Source: a virus
Taxonomy: Duplodnaviria > Caudoviricetes
Reading direction: 5' to 3' (one strand)
Length of the DNA stretch: 24,660 nt
IMG/VR virus record: IMGVR_UViG_3300012041_000240
Coordinates: 1-24,660 of that record
Part shown: positions 1 to 7,815 of the stretch, in pieces
Layout: every line of letters begins with the position of its first letter
How positions within the stretch are numbered: position 1 is the stretch's first letter
Translations under genes and position numbers: made by a program
The notes under the pieces: generated by a model
Seen by the model: the letters and a program-made list of their open reading frames with translations, nothing else
Told to the model about the DNA's origin: nothing
Database searches by the model: none

Positions 1-87
1 AGAGGGGTCGGGCTGGGTCACCTACAAATTTTACTCATGGGGGCATCGGGCCTTTTGAGCCGAACGCACGCCTATTTGGTAGAGGCA

Positions 88-116
88 TTGACAAATGTAA
101 TGATTACACCGAGACT
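88..116 (+). promoter_or_regulatory. Putative sigma70-like promoter with the palindrome in its spacer
   Basis: TTGACA (88-93), 17-nt spacer, GAGACT (111-116, a weak -10); TGTAATGATTACA occupies 96-108. Confidence 0.5.
96..108. promoter_or_regulatory. 13-bp palindromic site, copy 1
   Basis: TGTAATGATTACA upstream of the DUF1508 gene. Confidence 0.85.
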
Positions 117-145
117 CTCACCAATCGACCGTTCCAGGAGTGTGA

Positions 146-334
146 ATGATGAGGGTGTTGCTCTATCGGGACAAACAGGGAGAGTGGCGATGGACGCTGC
201 GGGCGAAGAATGGCCGGATTCTGGCGAACTGCGGCGAGGGCTATAAGAACGCGACGCATTGTAGGACCATGGCCCGCAAGTTATTTCCCACGGCTCTCTT
301 CTCTGCTGAAGGTCAGGCCGAGCCCTCCCGCTAA
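146..334 (+). CDS. DUF1508/YegP-family small protein
   Basis: Motif YRDKQGEWRWTLRAKNGRILANCGEGYKN matches the DUF1508 pattern; RBS AGGAG upstream. Confidence 0.8.
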   Translation: MMRVLLYRDKQGEWRWTLRAKNGRILANCGEGYKNATHCRTMARKLFPTALFSAEGQAEPSR

Positions 335-900
335 TGGCCAAGAAACCAGCACCTCCGCGCACATTGACCCAGCGGGCCGAGAACGAGTTGGGGAATGCCC
401 CGCCGATGACGATTGAATTGGCCGTGGTCTTTGCCAAACTCTTACATATTGGTTGCCCGGCACCCCGAGCCGTGCTCTATTGTGCTCCCCAATTAGCCAC
501 GGGCGGGCCGGGGATGATCGATGTGGTCAAAACCGTGGCCCGCCAATGGGTCCATGACGTGCTGGTGGTGGAGGCCATTGGCAATATCAACGGGGGCGCG
601 TTTCATGAGCTGCCGGCCGAGGACCGCATGCGAATTGCCCTGGAGAAATCTACGGCTGAAATCAGCTTCTATCTCTTTGCAACCAACTTCAACGACGTGG
701 ACTCACGGGAGGGCATCGACAAGATCAAATATGCCCGCGAAGTGCTAAAAGTGGCGCTGGGCCAACAGCCCGACGAGCTGGACCCCATGCAGGCATTCGC
801 CCGGTATGCGCTCGATATGGCGCGAGAGGCCCAGGCCAAGCGGTCGGCCGGCAAAAAGACGCCCCCCCAACTGAGCCCCGAACCCAACTTTAAGATGTAA
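334..900 (+). CDS. Hypothetical phage protein (possible terminase small subunit)
   Basis: 188 aa, TAATG coupling to the upstream gene, helical; TerS is a positional guess only. Confidence 0.55.
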   Translation: MAKKPAPPRTLTQRAENELGNAPPMTIELAVVFAKLLHIGCPAPRAVLYCAPQLATGGPGMIDVVKTVARQWVHDVLVVEAIGNINGGAFHELPAEDRMRIALEKSTAEISFYLFATNFNDVDSREGIDKIKYAREVLKVALGQQPDELDPMQAFARYALDMAREAQAKRSAGKKTPPQLSPEPNFKM

Positions 901-986
901 TGGGAAGCGTGACTGTTCGGGTTCGCTGCCGCTCCGCCTGTCTGGGGCTCTGCCCCATTCAGTCTACGCGGATAGAAACAAAGAGC

Positions 987-1015
987 TTGACAACCCAATC
1001 ATGTATCGATAAGCT
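987..1015 (+). promoter_or_regulatory. Sigma70-like promoter
   Basis: TTGACA (987-992), N17, TAAGCT (1010-1015) in the intergenic region before the wHTH gene. Confidence 0.65.
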
Positions 1016-1090
1016 ACGCCGCTGGAGGAGGGGGGCCGAAGGCCCCAATCCTCCATTCTGGAGTATTGGGGGGCGTGGGGGGTTTGACTG

Positions 1091-1342
1091 ATGGGGCCTC
1101 GCGGGGGTCACACCAACCTAGAGGCCGTGATGGCTCTCTTGGCCCGACTCCCTGGCTATCAGGGCGTTGATATTGCCCGCCGGTTAAACATGTCCAAGCC
1201 TGCTGCTGATAAAGCCATCCAGACACTTCGCAAGCAAGGTCGCCTAGAACGTCGCACGGTCACAGACCCTCACCATCCGAATGCCGGGGGGCTCGGCTAC
1301 TTTCCCACGGAGCATCATGAAAACACTCGACTCCATCATTGA
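1091..1342 (+). CDS. Winged helix-turn-helix DNA-binding protein (MarR/ArsR-like fold)
   Basis: GVDIARRLNMSKPAADKAIQTLRKQGRLERR is a typical wHTH pattern. Confidence 0.75.
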   Translation: MGPRGGHTNLEAVMALLARLPGYQGVDIARRLNMSKPAADKAIQTLRKQGRLERRTVTDPHHPNAGGLGYFPTEHHENTRLHH

Positions 1343-1868
1343 CGACGTGTTCATCAAAGAGGGCGACATCTACAGTGAGCCCCCCAAGAACGACCAACCT
1401 ACGGCCCGAGGGGGCATTACGCTCCCTGCCCTACAACGATTCTATAGTGCAATGGAACTGCCCCGCCGAGCGACGATACTGGACCTGAAAGGGCTAACCC
1501 ACGAAGAGGCACGGGCAATTGTGCGCTGGCTCCTGGAGCAGATCTCCCAGGAAATGGGGCTGGATGCCATTCCCTACCAGCCTCTCCGCTTGTTCATGTT
1601 GGACTTCGGCTACAACTCGGGCGGGGCGTTAGCGATTCGATGGCTCCAGCGGGTCCTAGGCGTGACCAGGACAGGGAATATGGACCTGTTGACCCGATCA
1701 TTGCTCAGTATGCCGGCTGAGGCCAAACAGTGGCGCTACATGCACTTGGCCTGCCTCTATGCCCGCCTGGAGATGGTGGACCGTTGGACCGATGCCCCGC
1801 CCAACAAGAAATATGAGGAGGGCCTGGAGAACCGCATCCACACTTTCAGCCTACTCCGAGTCCCCTGA
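1317..1868 (+). CDS. Endolysin, glycoside hydrolase family 108 with peptidoglycan-binding region
   Basis: N-terminal IIDDVFIKEGD, GGIT, LKGLTHEEARAI, LDFGYNSGGALAIRWLQRVLGV; start moved to ATG 1317. Confidence 0.8.
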   Translation: MKTLDSIIDDVFIKEGDIYSEPPKNDQPTARGGITLPALQRFYSAMELPRRATILDLKGLTHEEARAIVRWLLEQISQEMGLDAIPYQPLRLFMLDFGYNSGGALAIRWLQRVLGVTRTGNMDLLTRSLLSMPAEAKQWRYMHLACLYARLEMVDRWTDAPPNKKYEEGLENRIHTFSLLRVP

Positions 1869-1881
1869 TGTAATCATTACA
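1869..1881. promoter_or_regulatory. 13-bp palindromic site, copy 2
   Basis: ATGTAATCATTACAT (1868-1882) fills the gap between the endolysin stop and the terminase ATG. Confidence 0.85.
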
Positions 1882-3086
1882 TGGCCTGTCATCTCGCCCC
1901 CTCTCTCCGAGACCTGATGGTCCGGCAATTCCGGGCCGACATCTATAAACGTGTCGGCTTCGTGGAGTTTCCGCCTCAGGCAGCCTTCCGTCTAGCCTCG
2001 GAGGGCTGGGAGCTGACTAATAAAGTCGTGGAGGCTCCTGAGTGGGAGGAGCCCCCCTACGACCCGAAGATTACGGACCCGGCCCACTATCTCATTAAGC
2101 CCAAGCCTGTCCGGCTGCTTGTCCCGTGCTTGCCTGAGGACCCAGACGCCCAGCGGATAGCCGAGACAGACAACTTCGCCAAAGAGGAGTGGCGGCTCGC
2201 GGTTCCCCGAGAATTTAGCTACTTGGACCGCCAAGGGATTCCCGTCGTCAATGCCGGGGTGATCGCCCACAAGGTCAGCCTCTTGGCCAGCTTCAAGATG
2301 GGCAAGTCCCGCAATATTGGTATGTGGGCCTCTGGGTTCGCCTGCCTGCCGGGCGCAACGATTGAGATGGTGGGGCTGGAATACGCCACGTCCCAGCACG
2401 AGTTTGAGTATCTCTGCGAGACACTCCTTAGTGGGACCAACCCTATTATCAAGAAATGGAAGCATCGCTATAACGATGTGCGGGCCGGCCGCATGTATCT
2501 GGAGCTGCTGAACGGTTGTAGCTTCAGTGTGAAAAGCTGGCAGAACAAAGACCTGATGCGGGGTGCCCAGCTCACCACCTACATCTTCAACGAAGTCTAT
2601 CAGCTGCCCGGCCTAGAAGCATACACGGGCCACGCCCAGAACCTGCGTGTGGAGAAGGGCTTTGCCGTGTTCACCTCAACCCCGGATAAGCCCTGGGTCA
2701 AGGTGCTTCATACGATGGGTCACGGGCACAATCCAGACTGGCACTGCGTCTGCGATAACAATGCCTTCGTCAATCCCTTCTCGTTTGACTTGACGGGGCT
2801 GATGGCCGACTTGCCCGACTGGGCTACACTGAGAGAGTTTGCACCGGGGCTCATGGCCATGGCTGAAGCCTCAGGTCTACAGCCGGGGGCGCTCATGAGC
2901 AAAGAGAAGTTTATGATCTCCTGGCTCGGTCGGGTCGGGGGCTTTGTCGGGCGGGTCTACAGCTTCAGTCGGGAGGCCATTACCTGTAATCCCGGCACCC
3001 ATCCGAAAATCTGGAAGCCCAGTGTTGTTACTGCCTGGGAGGACCGTCAGGCGTATCTCCAGGAAGTCCGAGAGGCTGTCCACTAG
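1881..3086 (+). CDS. terL: Terminase large subunit, N-terminal ATPase part
   Basis: Q-motif PPQ, Walker A ASFKMGKS, LMRGAQL, Walker B-like YIFNE, motif III TSTP, linker GRVYSF. Confidence 0.8.
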   Translation: MACHLAPSLRDLMVRQFRADIYKRVGFVEFPPQAAFRLASEGWELTNKVVEAPEWEEPPYDPKITDPAHYLIKPKPVRLLVPCLPEDPDAQRIAETDNFAKEEWRLAVPREFSYLDRQGIPVVNAGVIAHKVSLLASFKMGKSRNIGMWASGFACLPGATIEMVGLEYATSQHEFEYLCETLLSGTNPIIKKWKHRYNDVRAGRMYLELLNGCSFSVKSWQNKDLMRGAQLTTYIFNEVYQLPGLEAYTGHAQNLRVEKGFAVFTSTPDKPWVKVLHTMGHGHNPDWHCVCDNNAFVNPFSFDLTGLMADLPDWATLREFAPGLMAMAEASGLQPGALMSKEKFMISWLGRVGGFVGRVYSFSREAITCNPGTHPKIWKPSVVTAWEDRQAYLQEVREAVH

Positions 3087-3731
3087 ATGCTGACTGCCGA
3101 TAATCTGCGTATCCCGAAATCCTGGGAGATTCTGGCCGGGGCCGATACCGGGACCTATCTCGGCGGAGCTATCTGTGCGATCGACCCTGACTATGAGCTG
3201 TATGTCCTGGAGGAGTTTCCGAACTATCACTATACCGGGGACGGCACGATTGAGCTAACCGGCATGACCGTGAGCGAATGGCTGCTCTGGTTCCGCTCTC
3301 GGATGCACCGCTGGACCGGCCAATCCCGTAACTTTGCCTGGGCCGATGCTAATACGCCATTCAAGACCGAGGTGATTAAGGGCTTCCGGTTCAAGATGAA
3401 TCGCAAGCCCCTGGAACTGCGGACAGAAATCACCCGTGAATACACCCGGAGTGGCCGGCTACATCTTATGCCGTGGCTCAAGGTGATCCCCTATGAAATG
3501 GAAGAAGCCGAGTGGCCCGAGCATGAATCTGTGGGCAGCGGTAAGATGCAGCGACTGAAGAAAAAGGACCATTGCCTTGATGGAGTCGAGCATGTGGCCA
3601 GTCGCCGGCCTCATCCGAAATTCAGGCTCGAAACACCGGGTAAGGCAAAGACCATGCGGGAACAACTCGCCCGCCGGCATGGGATGACGATGAAACCGCC
3701 AGCTCAGGACCCCCATCTCGGCCAGAACTAG
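3087..3731 (+). CDS. terL: Terminase large subunit, C-terminal RNase H-like nuclease part
   Basis: ILAGADTG, LYVLEEF, WADAN, KKDHCLDGVEH; same frame as the ATPase ORF, directly after TAG. Confidence 0.8.
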   Translation: MLTADNLRIPKSWEILAGADTGTYLGGAICAIDPDYELYVLEEFPNYHYTGDGTIELTGMTVSEWLLWFRSRMHRWTGQSRNFAWADANTPFKTEVIKGFRFKMNRKPLELRTEITREYTRSGRLHLMPWLKVIPYEMEEAEWPEHESVGSGKMQRLKKKDHCLDGVEHVASRRPHPKFRLETPGKAKTMREQLARRHGMTMKPPAQDPHLGQN

Positions 3732-3732
3732 G

Positions 3733-3745
3733 TGTAATGATTACA
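3733..3745. promoter_or_regulatory. 13-bp palindromic site, copy 3
   Basis: TGTAATGATTACA 1 nt after the nuclease ORF stop. Confidence 0.85.
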
Positions 3746-3761
3746 TCCGGCGGGAGGACAC

Positions 3762-3980
3762 ATGGCTCGAAAGCGTGAAAAGCCTAAGAAAACTGAAAAT
3801 GAAGACGAATCGGTCGCAGATGACTACAATGCGGCGGCTGACGAAGCTCGTCCGGGAGAGACACTAGAGGACTGGAACGAGCGGATGAATGCTGTCGAGG
3901 GTCGCCCGCATGATGCCAACGAATCGAGACATCCAGATCCCGAAGACGAGTTTACGGACCCGAACATGGGGAACATGTAG
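3762..3980 (+). CDS. Small acidic protein (PGE-x-ED motif)
   Basis: Strong RBS GGGAGGA; basic N-terminus then D/E-rich. Confidence 0.7.
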   Translation: MARKREKPKKTENEDESVADDYNAAADEARPGETLEDWNERMNAVEGRPHDANESRHPDPEDEFTDPNMGNM

Positions 3981-4218
3981 ATCCCATAAGCCTACGCTGG
4001 GGGACCAGCTCTTTTTGGGTAGCTACCGAGTCTACACCCGTGACGGGCATCAAACAAACCACATGCTGCACGTCACGAATGTTCGGGGCCGGAAGAACAT
4101 AGCAACAGGGCAATGGTATGGCTGGGTCACGGTCGAAACAGAGTCCGGCTCCGAAACCTGGGGTCTGCCGAGTCTGATTACTCTGATTACTGAAAGTATA
4201 CTTCGCCGGAAGGCGTAG
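3889..4218 (+). CDS. Hypothetical protein, start uncertain
   Basis: Fills the gap before the portal gene and reads protein-like from ~3981; upstream ATGs overlap the previous gene. Confidence 0.45.
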   Translation: MLSRVARMMPTNRDIQIPKTSLRTRTWGTCRSHKPTLGDQLFLGSYRVYTRDGHQTNHMLHVTNVRGRKNIATGQWYGWVTVETESGSETWGLPSLITLITESILRRKA

Positions 4219-4226
4219 GAGCGTCG

Positions 4227-6578
4227 ATGCTGGATAGGATAGATTCGGACGTAGACGCCTGGAGCCGAGACTGGAAGCGACTCCGCCATCAGAAGCATCG
4301 GCAGCGTGGCGGGGTCGAAGCCGCCATGCTCCTCGACTTCCTTCTGTATGAGGGAGAACATCAGAGCATCCAGGTTCAGAATGCTGTCCTGACCCGTGCC
4401 TTCCGCCACGAACGGGACAAGAATAAGCTCCGGCTCATTGTGCCTCTGGCCCGGCGGGCTGCAGACAAGCGTATTGGTCGGCACTTCTCCATCAATCATC
4501 GCTTCAAGGCGTCCCCAAATACCAAAGACGGCGTGGCCTTTGACCATGCCGATGTCATCTCAGACCAGCTCATCCCGGCGACAGACTTCAAGGCCCAGCA
4601 GGATACGTTACTCTGGGAAATCTACACATGGCTGGTGACGTGCGGCGTCTGCTTTGAGCATTGCGACTGGAAAGAGGCCGTCACCCAGGATGTGATGCCC
4701 AAGTATGACGAGGCCACGGGAGATATCATCTGGAAGGACAGTCTCACGGAGCAGGAAATCCCAGAGCGTGTGCTGGAGCAGCTCGTGCAGTCTGGCCGGG
4801 TTGCGCCCGAGCGGTTCTCCCCCTCGGTTGAAGTCCAGGCCGTGGGCGACTTCGGGGCGGACATCTATGACCCTTTCCGGGTCTTTGTGGACGCCAGCGT
4901 CAAGCAGGTCAAATTCCTTGGCCCCGATCAGGCCATCTATCTGGCCGACATCCGCACGTTCGATTGGATTAAGGCCACGTTTGGCAATAAGGCCACGGCC
5001 AAGCTCACTCCCTCCAAGCAACTGAGTATCATTGAGACGCAGCTGATTGATCGGGGGGTTCCCGTCTCTGGGGTCAACCTCAAAGACCTGTTACCCCTCA
5101 TTCAAGGCTCTCAGGGGAAGGATGACCCGGACAGTTGCATTGTCCTCACCCGCTATCAACCTCAGTCCGAGGAGAATCCCGAGGGCTTACGGTCCTTCTT
5201 CGTGCCGGACCAGGAGGCTCTGGAGAAGGGGGATAACCCCTACCCCGAGGTGCCCGTGGTCGATTACCATTGGTCGGCCCCCGTCAGCTCTATCTGGACC
5301 CGTGGCTTCATGCGGGACCTGCAGAGCATGAGCAAGTTCATCAATAAGCGGTTCTCTCAGCTGGGGGAGGCATCGAATGCCCAGCTCTATGAACTGCTGT
5401 TGACAGGTGGCGACATTTCCAAACGAGACATCCCGACTGACTTCCCCGGCATTGTGGAGGGGGGCCTGAGCGATGAGGGGACGCCCCTTGTCCAGACCGT
5501 GCCCCGAGGCAACATTAGCCCCTTCTTCCCCGAGTCCATTCGCTTGAGTATGGAGACGCTGGACGCCCTCAGCTCCTCCGATCTGTCCAGCGGTAAGAAG
5601 ATGCCGGCCCAGATGCGAGGCCCGCTAGCCCTCCCGCTCTTACAGGAAATTCTGGACTCTGAGGACGGCCCTCGCTACAAGCATCTGGCCGAGCAATTCG
5701 CCCGCGAGAAAATGATGCGAGTCAACCGCATCAAAGCCTTCTATCCACCCATTCGGACTCTCAACTACACGGGCGAGGACATGCGGACGGAAGTCCTGGA
5801 GTTTCATACCGATGAAGTGCTCCGGGCTGGCGTAGACTTCCAAGTCACTGTGGACCCTGGCTCTGTGTTCCCCGAGTCGGCATCTATGCGGGAGGCACGA
5901 GTGAGGGAGCGGATGCAGTGGGCTCCAGGGCTCTACACCAATCCTAGGACCGGCACCATGGATTGGTCGAAGGTGGCGAAGGACCTGAAATACAACGACA
6001 AGCAGCGGGAGTCTACAGAAGTCAGAGGCCGAAAGCTGGCGCGGCAGCTTCTGCAATGGGTCCGTAAGGGGAAGCTCACGGTCCAGGACATGCCCCAGCA
6101 GGGTATGGGACCAGACGGAGCCCCCCTGCTGCCAAAGCCCACGTTGTTCCGAACCGACACAAGTCAGTCCTTCGTGACCTATCCTTTCTGGCCCCATGAC
6201 GCCATGATGGATGAGTATCAGGACGCGATGGAAACAACGGAGTTTCTGGAGGCCAGCCCAACCTACCAGCGGGCACTCCTGACCCTCTTTGACTCTCATC
6301 GAGCTATCCTGGCCCAGATTGATCAGGCCCGGCAGCAATCTGTGGATAACAAGATGGTGCAGTCAGCAATGGCCCAGGCCAGCCAGCAGGCCGCTGCTAT
6401 GGCGGCGTCGGCAGCCGCGGAAGCCGCCATTCAGCAAGTTCAGGCACAGGGGGACCTCGGGGGCAACAACATGGATCAACTGGAGCAGCGGATGCGGCAA
6501 CTCCTGGGTGAATCCCAGGGGGGACAGCCCCAACGGCAACCCCAACGGCGGCCTATCGCTCCCATGCAACCCCAATAG
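4227..6578 (+). CDS. Portal protein (P22-like) with Q/A-rich C-terminal barrel
   Basis: 783 aa between terminase and scaffold; DIYDPFRVFVD, PYPEVPVVDYH, GFMRDLQSMSKFINKRFSQ, QQAAA tail; RBS AGGAG. Confidence 0.8.
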   Translation: MLDRIDSDVDAWSRDWKRLRHQKHRQRGGVEAAMLLDFLLYEGEHQSIQVQNAVLTRAFRHERDKNKLRLIVPLARRAADKRIGRHFSINHRFKASPNTKDGVAFDHADVISDQLIPATDFKAQQDTLLWEIYTWLVTCGVCFEHCDWKEAVTQDVMPKYDEATGDIIWKDSLTEQEIPERVLEQLVQSGRVAPERFSPSVEVQAVGDFGADIYDPFRVFVDASVKQVKFLGPDQAIYLADIRTFDWIKATFGNKATAKLTPSKQLSIIETQLIDRGVPVSGVNLKDLLPLIQGSQGKDDPDSCIVLTRYQPQSEENPEGLRSFFVPDQEALEKGDNPYPEVPVVDYHWSAPVSSIWTRGFMRDLQSMSKFINKRFSQLGEASNAQLYELLLTGGDISKRDIPTDFPGIVEGGLSDEGTPLVQTVPRGNISPFFPESIRLSMETLDALSSSDLSSGKKMPAQMRGPLALPLLQEILDSEDGPRYKHLAEQFAREKMMRVNRIKAFYPPIRTLNYTGEDMRTEVLEFHTDEVLRAGVDFQVTVDPGSVFPESASMREARVRERMQWAPGLYTNPRTGTMDWSKVAKDLKYNDKQRESTEVRGRKLARQLLQWVRKGKLTVQDMPQQGMGPDGAPLLPKPTLFRTDTSQSFVTYPFWPHDAMMDEYQDAMETTEFLEASPTYQRALLTLFDSHRAILAQIDQARQQSVDNKMVQSAMAQASQQAAAMAASAAAEAAIQQVQAQGDLGGNNMDQLEQRMRQLLGESQGGQPQRQPQRRPIAPMQPQ

Positions 6579-6612
6579 AATCAAGGGTTTCTGCCCCAGC
6601 CGGGGATGGGAC

Positions 6613-6641
6613 TTGACATCTCAGCCCCGGATTCTTACAAC
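6613..6641 (+). promoter_or_regulatory. Sigma70-like promoter for scaffold/capsid genes
   Basis: TTGACA (6613-6618), N17, TACAAC (6636-6641). Confidence 0.55.
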
Positions 6642-6677
6642 CAGCAGCCAGAGTCTCAGAGAGGGGACGATTTCACC

Positions 6678-7706
6678 ATGACCAGATCAACCAGCTTTGT
6701 CCGCGACTACTTCAGCCGTCCAGACAGCCTACCGTTTCACCCCGGATGTAATCATTACATGCCGGACTCCCCGATGTATGACAACGATGGGGACGGCGGA
6801 GGCGGTGTTGGGGGAGAAGGTGAAGGGGAGGGCGAAGGCGAAGGTGCGGGTGCCGGTGAGGGTGAAGGCGAAGGGGAGGGCACTGGAGGCGAAGGACAGG
6901 GCGACAACAGCCCCAAGGCCCGGATGGCCAAGGCCCTGGCCCTCAAGTCCGATGATGACTACGTTCGCGTTCCTGGCATCAAAGATCCGGTAAGAGTCGG
7001 GGACCTGAAGCAGGCGTATGGCCTCCGCACCCAGAACGAACAGAACATCAAGGTTATGGGTGCCGTGGCCCAGATTCTCCGTGAGCGGCAGGGTCAGGCC
7101 CCCCAGAAGAGCCGCCAGCAGCAGCAGCAGAGGCAGCAACAGGAACCCCGCCGCCGAGCCTCTGACCAGGACCAGGACCCGTTGGCCCAAATCGAACGCA
7201 TGGACGTGATTGACGGGAAGACCGTCGCGGCCATGTTCCGGGGTCTGCAGGCCCAGCTGGGCAAAGTTCTGCCGACAATGGGCGAGGGCATCAAAGACGT
7301 GCGGACGCGCCTCAGCCATCACGACTCCGCCCGTGACGAGCAGGCGTTCATGGGGGAAGTGAGCAAGGCCATTGACGCCCTGAAGCTCCCGGTTCTTGAC
7401 GGTAAGCGGGTTGAAGGCTCGGAGATTCTGAACGATCTGGCGCGGGATCTGTATCTCTCCTACGCCGACGAAGACCAGCCACGTTTGCTAGGAGAGCCGC
7501 TCCAGAAGCTGGTCAAGGCACGATTCGACGGCCTTCGGAAGATGTTCAAGGCTCTCGACAAGGCCGAGCTGGAATCCGCAAAGCTCAGACAGAAGCAACG
7601 CCTGTTCTCCCGGAAAGGTCAGTCCACGGGGGCCAACGGCAAGGGGCGACTCCTCACCAACCGGGAACTGGCCGACGCCGCGTTTGCAGGGGAAGCAAAC
7701 ACGTAG
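6678..7706 (+). CDS. Capsid scaffolding protein (putative)
   Basis: Between portal and MCP; acidic G/E N-terminus, helical Q-rich body, basic C-terminus; start 6678 chosen from RBS GAGGGG (6759 also possible). Confidence 0.7.
   Translation: MTRSTSFVRDYFSRPDSLPFHPGCNHYMPDSPMYDNDGDGGGGVGGEGEGEGEGEGAGAGEGEGEGEGTGGEGQGDNSPKARMAKALALKSDDDYVRVPGIKDPVRVGDLKQAYGLRTQNEQNIKVMGAVAQILRERQGQAPQKSRQQQQQRQQQEPRRRASDQDQDPLAQIERMDVIDGKTVAAMFRGLQAQLGKVLPTMGEGIKDVRTRLSHHDSARDEQAFMGEVSKAIDALKLPVLDGKRVEGSEILNDLARDLYLSYADEDQPRLLGEPLQKLVKARFDGLRKMFKALDKAELESAKLRQKQRLFSRKGQSTGANGKGRLLTNRELADAAFAGEANT
6747..6759. promoter_or_regulatory. 13-bp palindromic site, copy 4
   Basis: CCGGATGTAATCATTACATGCCGG; overlaps in-frame ATG 6759. 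Confidence 0.85.
6789..6902 (+). repeat. Low-complexity Gly-Glu dipeptide repeat in the scaffold gene
   Basis: GGEGEGEGEGEGAGAGEGEGEGEGTGGEG. Confidence 0.8.
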
Positions 7707-7711
7707 GCCGC

Positions 7712-7724
7712 TGTAATCATTACA
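7712..7724. promoter_or_regulatory. 13-bp palindromic site, copy 5
   Basis: TGTAATCATTACA between scaffold stop and MCP start. Confidence 0.85.
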
Positions 7725-7741
7725 CCGACACACACAGGGAG

Positions 7742-7815
7742 ACGAGAGCCGTATGTTGACCTTACTCATGAGCCTCAATCGACGTTGGAGGGTTGGAGCC
7801 CTGGCGCTGGTCGCC
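7742..7815 (+). repeat. 74-bp perfect direct repeat, copy A (MCP 5' end)
   Basis: Identical to 15915-15988 by base-by-base comparison. Confidence 0.95.

Noticed and set aside
896-902. Half-sites of the palindrome (also near 2985)
   Set aside because: Only 6-7 bp match, which is expected by chance
3084-3086. Genome-wide amber recoding
   Set aside because: TAG terminates many genes at sensible boundaries (3731, 6578, 7706, 9836, 10816, 23015)
6606-6677. Scaffold start at 6606
   Set aside because: Overlaps the predicted promoter; 6678 has an RBS
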